Shown in pieces: positions 33,317 through 39,479 of a stretch of DNA of 64,000 nt. The translations under genes and the position numbers were made by a program. This stretch comes from Opitutaceae bacterium (lineage in GTDB: Bacteria > Verrucomicrobiota > Verrucomicrobiia > Opitutales > Opitutaceae): the NCBI GenBank assembly GCA_014879845.1, contig JACSRI010000092.1:44-64043 (forward strand), read 5' to 3'. The notes beneath the pieces were generated by a model. The model saw only the letters and a list, made by a program, of their open reading frames with translations. It had not been told where the DNA came from and did no database searches. Position 1 is the stretch's first letter; every line of letters begins with the position of its first letter.

Positions 33317-34333
33317 ATGAGCGAACAGAAAGATCGGCCAGTGAACCCCGACGGAGAAGCAAAAAAACAGAATCCGAATTCGGGTCCGTTGACCCGGGCA
33401 TTCCTGCGCTGGTTCCGCCACGTGCGGCGGCTGGAGAAGCGCGTCGCGCTCCTCGAGCAGGAAAACGCCCGCATGGAAGCGGAGACGCGGGAGTGGCGAC
33501 GCTTCCATCCCCCGGGGCATTTCTACTCGCCGATCCCCGCGCGCGAGGAGATCGACGACGCCTTCCGCCGGGCCGATCCCACGCTCGCCTTCGGGGGCGT
33601 CGAGCTCGACGAGGCGGCGCAGTTCGCCCTGCTCCAGACCTTCGCCGGGTGGCTGCCTCAGATGCCGTTCCCCGAGCATGCCACGCCGGAGTGGCGCTAC
33701 CATCTGGACAACCCCTCCTACGCGGCCTTCGACGGCGTGATGCTGTATTCGATGCTTCGGCACGCGCAGCCGCGGCGGATCATCGAGGTGGGCTCGGGCT
33801 TCAGCTCCGCCGCCATGCTCGACCTCAACGAGCATGTCTTTGGAGGGCGGATGGAGTTGACGTTCATCGACCCCGACATGCGCCGCCTGCGGGCCTTGCT
33901 GCGGCTCGGCGACGAGTCGCGCGTGCGCATGCTGGAGCAGCGCGTGCAGGAGGTTCCGCTGGCGGAATTCGACCGGCTCGAGGCCGGCGACGTGCTCTTC
34001 ATCGACTCGTCGCACGTCGCGAAGATCGGCAGCGATGTGAACCGGCTCTATTTCGACGTCCTGCCGCGCCTGAAGCCCGGCGTCTTCATCCACATCCACG
34101 ATGTCGCGGCCAACTTGGAGTACCCGCGGGAATGGCTCGAGGAGGGGCGTGCCTGGAACGAGAGCTACCTACTGCGTGCCTTTCTCATGTACAACGGCGC
34201 GTTCGAGGTCGTGCTCTTCTCCCCGTGGATCGCGGCGCTCAGGGCCGCCTGGCTGCATGAGCACATGCCCGTGTGCGCACGCGGTGGCGGCGGGCAGATC
34301 TGGCTCAGGCGGAAGCAGGTCGCGGGAAGATAG
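33317..34333 (+). CDS. Class I SAM-dependent methyltransferase (Methyltransf_24-like) with an N-terminal coiled coil
   Basis: The track ORF starts at GTG 33302; ATG 33317 (MSEQKD) is the likelier start. RRLEKRVALLEQENARMEAE coiled coil, GHFYSPIP, RIIEVGSGFSSAAMLD, VLFIDSSHVAKIGSDVN, FIHIHDV. Confidence 0.75.
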   Translation: MSEQKDRPVNPDGEAKKQNPNSGPLTRAFLRWFRHVRRLEKRVALLEQENARMEAETREWRRFHPPGHFYSPIPAREEIDDAFRRADPTLAFGGVELDEAAQFALLQTFAGWLPQMPFPEHATPEWRYHLDNPSYAAFDGVMLYSMLRHAQPRRIIEVGSGFSSAAMLDLNEHVFGGRMELTFIDPDMRRLRALLRLGDESRVRMLEQRVQEVPLAEFDRLEAGDVLFIDSSHVAKIGSDVNRLYFDVLPRLKPGVFIHIHDVAANLEYPREWLEEGRAWNESYLLRAFLMYNGAFEVVLFSPWIAALRAAWLHEHMPVCARGGGGQIWLRRKQVAGR

Positions 34334-34400
34334 GTGTGCTCGATTGTTGGGTGCGGTCGTGGTTTGCGCCCGTGGGCGAAGGCGCCTTGGCTCGCCGCCG

Positions 34401-34946
34401 ATGCATCCCCCCGCCGCCGATGCCGGCATCCTCACGATCGAGCGCCCGCACCAGGACCTGCTCACCTACTACGTCATCTCGTCGCTCGCCGCGGGGCCGC
34501 TCTTCCTCGTCCCGCTCATCTATCGCATGATCCGGTTCCGCACGATGCGCTATCGGTTCTCCAGCGAGGGACTCTCGATGAGCTGGGGCATCCTCTTTCG
34601 CCGCGAGATCATCATCCAGTATGCGCGGATCCAGGACATCCACCTGCGCTCGAATGTGGTCGAGCGCTGGCTCGGCCTCGCGCGTGTGCTCATCCAGACT
34701 GCGAGCGGCAGCGCGAGCGCCGAGATGACGCTCGAGGGGCTGAAGGAGTTCGAGGCGGTGCGCGACTTTCTCTACCACCGCATGCGCGGCGTGCGCGAAC
34801 ATCCCGGCCATGCCCCCGCAGTCGCCCTGTCGGGCGCGCCCATGGCGTCCGCGTCGTCGTCCGAACTCGCCGGCGTGCTCGCTGAGATCGCGGCTGAGTT
34901 GCGCGGCCTGCGTGCCGACCTCGCGGCGCGAAAGGAGCGGTCGTGA
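34401..34946 (+). CDS. Bacterial PH-domain (bPH_2, YdbS-like) membrane protein
   Basis: From internal ATG 34401: two TM helices (YYVISSLAAGPLFLVPLIY), then RYRFSSEGLSMSWGILFRREIIIQYARIQDIHLRSNVVERWLGLARVLIQTASG. Confidence 0.7.
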   Translation: MHPPAADAGILTIERPHQDLLTYYVISSLAAGPLFLVPLIYRMIRFRTMRYRFSSEGLSMSWGILFRREIIIQYARIQDIHLRSNVVERWLGLARVLIQTASGSASAEMTLEGLKEFEAVRDFLYHRMRGVREHPGHAPAVALSGAPMASASSSELAGVLAEIAAELRGLRADLAARKERS

Positions 34947-35905
34947 GCGCGTCGTGGGAGATGCGGGCGCTGCGCTGGCTGCGTGTGCCGCCCGAGCCGC
35001 AGCCGCCCTCGGGCTCGCCGGGATCGCTGCGCGTGTTTCGCGCCGGCCGCAATTTTCTGCGCCTGCGCTTCGCGCGCTGGATGCTCACGCAGGTGGGCGC
35101 GGTGTTTGGCGTGCTGGCCTCACTGGTTTTCATTCGCGAGGTCGAGATCCAGGTCGAACTCGCGCGCCTCCGCGCCGAGCAGGCGGCAGCCACGGCGCCC
35201 GCCGCGGAGGATGGCGCGTCCGGGGCCGCGCCGACCGAAACGGCGGACTCCGCGAAACCCGCCGATCTCGCGCCGGAGCCGGATCCGCAGCAATGGCGTG
35301 GCGCGTTCCACCGCGCGCTCTACGCCGTCGCCCCGCGCTGGCTGCGCGAACTGCCGCAACGCATCCCGCCGGAGGCGCTCGTGTGGATCAAGGTCGTCGA
35401 GGCGCTCGGTATCCTCGGCTTCATCGTGCAGCTGCCGTGGTCGCTCGCTGTCGTGGTGCTCGACTATCGCCAGCGTTGGTACATGGTGACCGACCGGAGC
35501 CTGCGGCTGCGCTGGGGCGTGATGACCGTGCACGAGGCGACGATGAGTTTCGCGAACCTGCAGCAGGTGGCGGTGCACCAGGGTCCGCTCGGGCGCGTGC
35601 TCGGACTCTGGGATGTCCAGGTCGAGTCAGCCGGCGGCGGCTCGGGCAAGCACGAGGAGGAGGATAGGGAATCCATGCACCGCGCCGTCTTCCAGGGCGT
35701 GGAAAACGGTCAGGAAATTCGCGATACGATCCTCGCGCGCCTGCGCCTCTTCCGCGAATCCGGGCTCGGCGATCCGGACGACCACCTTTCGCATGCCGCC
35801 TCAGCTCCAGCGGCCCAGCCGGTCGCAGCCACCACCGCGACGGACGCCATGCGGGCTGCCCGCGAGGTCCTCGCCGAGGTGCGTGCGCTGCGAAGCCAGT
35901 TGTAG
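34943..35905 (+). CDS. Bacterial PH-domain (YdbT-like) membrane protein
   Basis: 320 aa with a 4-nt overlap on the previous gene. ...WYMVTDRSLRLRWGVMTVHEATMSFANLQQVAVHQGPLGRVLGLWDVQVESAGGG. A low-complexity Ala/Pro/Glu insert lies between the TM segments. Confidence 0.65.
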   Translation: MSASWEMRALRWLRVPPEPQPPSGSPGSLRVFRAGRNFLRLRFARWMLTQVGAVFGVLASLVFIREVEIQVELARLRAEQAAATAPAAEDGASGAAPTETADSAKPADLAPEPDPQQWRGAFHRALYAVAPRWLRELPQRIPPEALVWIKVVEALGILGFIVQLPWSLAVVVLDYRQRWYMVTDRSLRLRWGVMTVHEATMSFANLQQVAVHQGPLGRVLGLWDVQVESAGGGSGKHEEEDRESMHRAVFQGVENGQEIRDTILARLRLFRESGLGDPDDHLSHAASAPAAQPVAATTATDAMRAAREVLAEVRALRSQL

Positions 35906-36047
35906 GAGCCTGCTGGTTCGTGTTTGGCGTGCGGCCTGCAGGTCCGGTCACCGACCGGGCGCGACTGCGCGAGGGACTGCAGCCCCGGGTGGGGTCACCC
36001 GGCCTGCACCCCGAGGGCGAAACAGATACGCCTGCAAGCAGGCTCCT
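35904..36047. repeat. Nested inverted-repeat element in a convergent intergenic gap (REP-like; possible bidirectional terminator or structured RNA)
   Basis: The outer 11-bp perfect arms are AGGAGCCTGCT (35904-35914) and AGCAGGCTCCT (36037-36047). Inner hairpins are CCGGTC-ACC-GACCGG and CCGGGT-GGGGTC-ACCCGG. CGGCCTGCA and CCTGCAGG each occur twice. Confidence 0.6.
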
Positions 36048-36066
36048 GCAGGTTGCGGCAATCGTC

Positions 36067-36732
36067 TCACCCGACCAGCATGCCGTCCGCCAGGCGGATG
36101 ACGCGCGAGCCGTAGGCGGCGTTGGCGTCGGAGTGGGTGACCTGCACGATCGTCACGCCGTCCTCCGTATTCAGCGCCTTGAACAGCTCCATGATCTCGC
36201 GTCCCTGGTCGCTGTGCAGGTTGCCCGTCGGCTCGTCGGCGAGGATGACCGGCGGCTTGGCCACGAGCGCGCGCGCCACGCCGACGAGCTGTTGCTGGCC
36301 GCCGGAGAGTTGGTTCGGGTAGAGGTCGCGTTTGCCGACGATGTGGAAGCGGTCGAGCGTGTCGCACACGATGCTCTCGCGCTCCTTTTTCGGCACGTTG
36401 CGGTAGGTGAGCGGCACCTCGAGGTTCTCGTAGACGGTGAGGTCGTCGAGCAGGTGGTAGCTCTGGAAGACGAAGCCGAACGAGCGCTTGTGCAGCTCGA
36501 AGCGCTGCTTGACGTTGAGCTTGTGCACGGCGTCTTCGCCGCACCAATACTCGCCGTCCCAGCCCGAGTCGTGCATGCCCAGGATGTGCAGCAGCGTGGA
36601 CTTGCCCGAGCCGGACGGGCCCATGACGGAGACGAATTCACCCTGCTTGATCTCGAGCGAGATGTTGCGCAGCGCGAAGAACGGCCCGCCCTTGAGCGGG
36701 TAGACGCGGTTGACGGAGTGGAGGCGGAGCAT
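36067..36732 (-). CDS. ABC transporter ATP-binding protein (MacB/LolD-type), ATPase-B at the distal end of the permease array
   Basis: 221 aa. Walker A GPSGSGKST, signature LSGGQQQ, Walker B ILADEPTGNL, H-loop VTHS. Confidence 0.9.
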   Translation of the reverse strand: MLRLHSVNRVYPLKGGPFFALRNISLEIKQGEFVSVMGPSGSGKSTLLHILGMHDSGWDGEYWCGEDAVHKLNVKQRFELHKRSFGFVFQSYHLLDDLTVYENLEVPLTYRNVPKKERESIVCDTLDRFHIVGKRDLYPNQLSGGQQQLVGVARALVAKPPVILADEPTGNLHSDQGREIMELFKALNTEDGVTIVQVTHSDANAAYGSRVIRLADGMLVG

Positions 36733-36855
36733 GGTGAAGGAGAACGTGAGGGATGACGTTGGGAGTTGAAGTTGAAGTGAGGAGAACGAGCAGATGATGA
36801 GGTCGAGGTGGGAGTCGGATTAGAAGTGCGGGCTGCGGAATCGGGCGTCTCGTCT

Positions 36856-36918
36856 GAGCTTCAGCTTCAACTTCAACCTTCCACTTCAACTCGAGTGAGA
36901 CGCGTCGGCGTCTCACTC
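36856..36918 (-). repeat. Stop-codon-embedded hairpin + TCGAG + (TTGAAG)n element, copy 2
   Basis: An 11-bp perfect stem, GAGTGAGACGC-GTCG-GCGTCTCACTC (36893-36918). Its mRNA 5' arm starts with the last sense codon GAG and the TGA stop of the permease. In mRNA sense it is followed by TCGAG and hexamer repeats (plus strand GCTTCAGCTTCAACTTCAACCTTCCACTTCAAC). An inverted partial copy, GTTGAAGTTGAAG, lies at 36765-36777. Confidence 0.7.
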
Positions 36919-39369
36919 GCAGCGCAGCGCGGTGAGCGGGTCGACCTTGGTGGCGCGGCGGGCGGGCAGCCAGCTCGCGAGCAGCGCGCTCGCGGCCAGC
37001 ACGAGCGCGACGGCGATGAAGGTGAGGGGATCAAACGCGCTGATGCCGTAGACCATCGTGTTCATGGCGCGCGCGGCGAGGAGCGAGAAGAACAACCCGA
37101 AGCCGAGCCCCACGCCGACGACGTGCATCGATTGGACGATGATCATGCGCAACACGCTGGTGCGTTCGGCGCCGAGCGCGAGGCGGATCCCGATCTCGCG
37201 CGTGCGCTGCGTGACGTTCCACGAGACGACGCCGTAGATGCCGACGGCTGCGAGCGCGAGCGCCACCGCGGCGAACAGGCCGAGCAGCACGACGTTAAAC
37301 CGTTCGCCCCGCAGCGTGTCGCCGATCATGGCGTCGGCTGTGACGATGCGGCCGAGGGGCAGTGCGCGATCGAGCGAGGCGAGCAACGCACGCACTTCAG
37401 GCACGATCCGCTCGGGCGCGCCGGCCGTGCGCACGAGCAGGAACATCGAGCGGCGCAGGTCCGGATAGTCCCACGCCTGGTCAGCCGGGATGTAGACCGA
37501 GGGCGGTGGCTCGGCCTGCAGGCCAAAATGCCGCGTGCTCGGCACCACGCCCACGACCGTGGCCCACTGGAACTTGTCCAGTCCCGGTGGCAGCAGCCCC
37601 GGCGTGATGAGGTGCTCGGGCAGGCCGAGCATCACGCGCTTGCCGATCGGGTCGCCCTCCGGGAGGAATTTCGTCACCGCCGCCTCATTGAGGATGATGA
37701 CGGGCTGCGAGCCGGCGCGATCGGCGCTGGTGAAGGCGCGGCCGCGCGCGATGCGCAGACCCTGCGCGGTGAAGTAGTCGTCGAGCACGAGCGAGATCTG
37801 CACGCCCTCGACCTGGCTCAGGTCCGTGTAGGTGCGGTCCTCGGTGATGAGCGGCATGCCGATGCCGCCGGCGAACGGCGCGTTGTTGCTCGCAGAGGCC
37901 GAGGCGACGCCGGGGAGCGCGCGCAGGCGGTCGACCGCCTCCTGGAAAAACGCCATGGCCGACTGCGTCGACGGGTAACGCGCGGACGGCAGCTGCACCG
38001 GCACCATCACGAGCCGCTCGCGCACGAACCCCGGATCCACGGCCGTGAGCTGGCCGAAGCTGCGCAGGAGCAGGCCCGCCGCGATCAGCAGCGCGAGCGA
38101 GAGCGCGACCTCGGCGATGACGAGGCAGGCGCGCACGCGACCGGTCCTGCGGCTGGCCGTGCCGCGGCTGCTCTCCTGCAACGCAGGCTGCAGTGCGGCC
38201 CGCGAGCCCTCGAGCGCCGGAAACAGCGCGAACAGCAGCGTCGTGCCGAGCGTGACGGCGAGCGCGAAGAGCATGACCGGCCCGTTGACGTGGATCTGCG
38301 CCTCCGCCGGCACAGCGTCGCGCGGCAGGATGATGAGCAGTGCATCCAGACTCCAGGTACCGACGAGCAGTCCCGCGGCGCCGCCCAGCAGCGCGAGGGG
38401 CAGGCTCTCGAGCAGCGTCTGGCGCACGAGGTGTCCGCGGCTCGCGCCGATCGCCGCCCGCACGGCAAACTCGTGCTGCCGCGTGCTCATGCGCGCGAGC
38501 ATGAGGTTGGCGATGTTGGCGCAGGCGATGAGCAGCACGCCGGCCACGGCGCCGAGCAGCACCATGAGCGGGCGCCGGAACGGCCCGGTCACCGAGTCGC
38601 TCAGCCGCCGCACCGACACGCCGACATCCTTGTTCGAGTCCGGATACTGCTGCGCGATCTGGTCGGCGATGAGGTTGAGCTCCACGCTGACGTCGTCGTC
38701 GGTCTTGCCTGGCGCAGCTCGCGCCACGACCCAGGAATCGGCGCGCATCACGCGGCTGCGCATCAGGTCGGTGTCGGCCTGCAGGCCCACCGGCGTCCAC
38801 ACGTCGGCGGCCCAGAACTTGAAGCTCGGCGGCATCACGCCGATCACCGCGTAGGCGCGATCGTTGAGTGTGATCGAGCGCTGCAGGATGTCCGGGTCGG
38901 CCTGGAACTGGTTGACCCACGTCGCGTGGCTGAGCACCACGACCGGTGTCGCGGCGGGCTGGTCGTCCGCGGCCCCGAAGAAGCGGCCGAGCACGGGCTG
39001 GATGCCGAGCAGGGGCCAGATATCGGAGGAGACCGCGCCCTCGCGCACGGTGAGCGGCTCCGTGCCGCCGCTTAGCGTCGTGGAGTTGCCGTGGGCGTAG
39101 GCGAGGTGGCTCGTCGTCTGCGCCCGCGCTCGCCAGTCCAGGAAATCCGGGTACGTGACCGGCATGTTCCCCTGCTGCGTCCGCGGGGCCGAGCCGATGA
39201 AGAGGATCGCGTTGCCGTCGACGTAGGGGAACGGATGCAGGAGCACGGCATGCACCACGCTGAAGATCGCGGTGGTGGCACCCACGCCGAGGGCGAGCAC
39301 GAGGACCACCACGGCGGTGAAGCCGGGCGCCTTGGCGAGTTGTCGGAAGACGAAGGTGAGGGCGGACAT
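36913..39369 (-). CDS. ADOP-type ABC permease (duplicated FtsX / MacB periplasmic-domain architecture), array member 8 of 8
   Basis: From internal ATG 39369: MSALTFVFRQLAKAPGFTAVVVLVLALGVGATTAIFSVV... ANIANLMLARMSTRQHEFAVRAAIGASR... VTQRTREIGIRLALGAER... The C-terminus is KVDPLTALRCE. 818 aa. Confidence 0.9.
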   Translation of the reverse strand: MSALTFVFRQLAKAPGFTAVVVLVLALGVGATTAIFSVVHAVLLHPFPYVDGNAILFIGSAPRTQQGNMPVTYPDFLDWRARAQTTSHLAYAHGNSTTLSGGTEPLTVREGAVSSDIWPLLGIQPVLGRFFGAADDQPAATPVVVLSHATWVNQFQADPDILQRSITLNDRAYAVIGVMPPSFKFWAADVWTPVGLQADTDLMRSRVMRADSWVVARAAPGKTDDDVSVELNLIADQIAQQYPDSNKDVGVSVRRLSDSVTGPFRRPLMVLLGAVAGVLLIACANIANLMLARMSTRQHEFAVRAAIGASRGHLVRQTLLESLPLALLGGAAGLLVGTWSLDALLIILPRDAVPAEAQIHVNGPVMLFALAVTLGTTLLFALFPALEGSRAALQPALQESSRGTASRRTGRVRACLVIAEVALSLALLIAAGLLLRSFGQLTAVDPGFVRERLVMVPVQLPSARYPSTQSAMAFFQEAVDRLRALPGVASASASNNAPFAGGIGMPLITEDRTYTDLSQVEGVQISLVLDDYFTAQGLRIARGRAFTSADRAGSQPVIILNEAAVTKFLPEGDPIGKRVMLGLPEHLITPGLLPPGLDKFQWATVVGVVPSTRHFGLQAEPPPSVYIPADQAWDYPDLRRSMFLLVRTAGAPERIVPEVRALLASLDRALPLGRIVTADAMIGDTLRGERFNVVLLGLFAAVALALAAVGIYGVVSWNVTQRTREIGIRLALGAERTSVLRMIIVQSMHVVGVGLGFGLFFSLLAARAMNTMVYGISAFDPLTFIAVALVLAASALLASWLPARRATKVDPLTALRCE

Positions 39370-39479
39370 GGGGGGGAGGTGGACGAGGGGATGTGGGAGT
39401 GAGGGGTGAGGTTTTCTGGGGACTGGGTGTCTTGGTTCGGTCTTCTGTTCCTTATGCACTCAGTTCCTCATTTCCTTCC

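Noticed and set aside
33296-34099. The N-terminal 268 residues of the 780-aa minus ORF 31757-34099.
   Set aside because: They are antisense to the methyltransferase gene. The GT-C paralog starts at MSNPKTSPRR (33295), just before its first TM.
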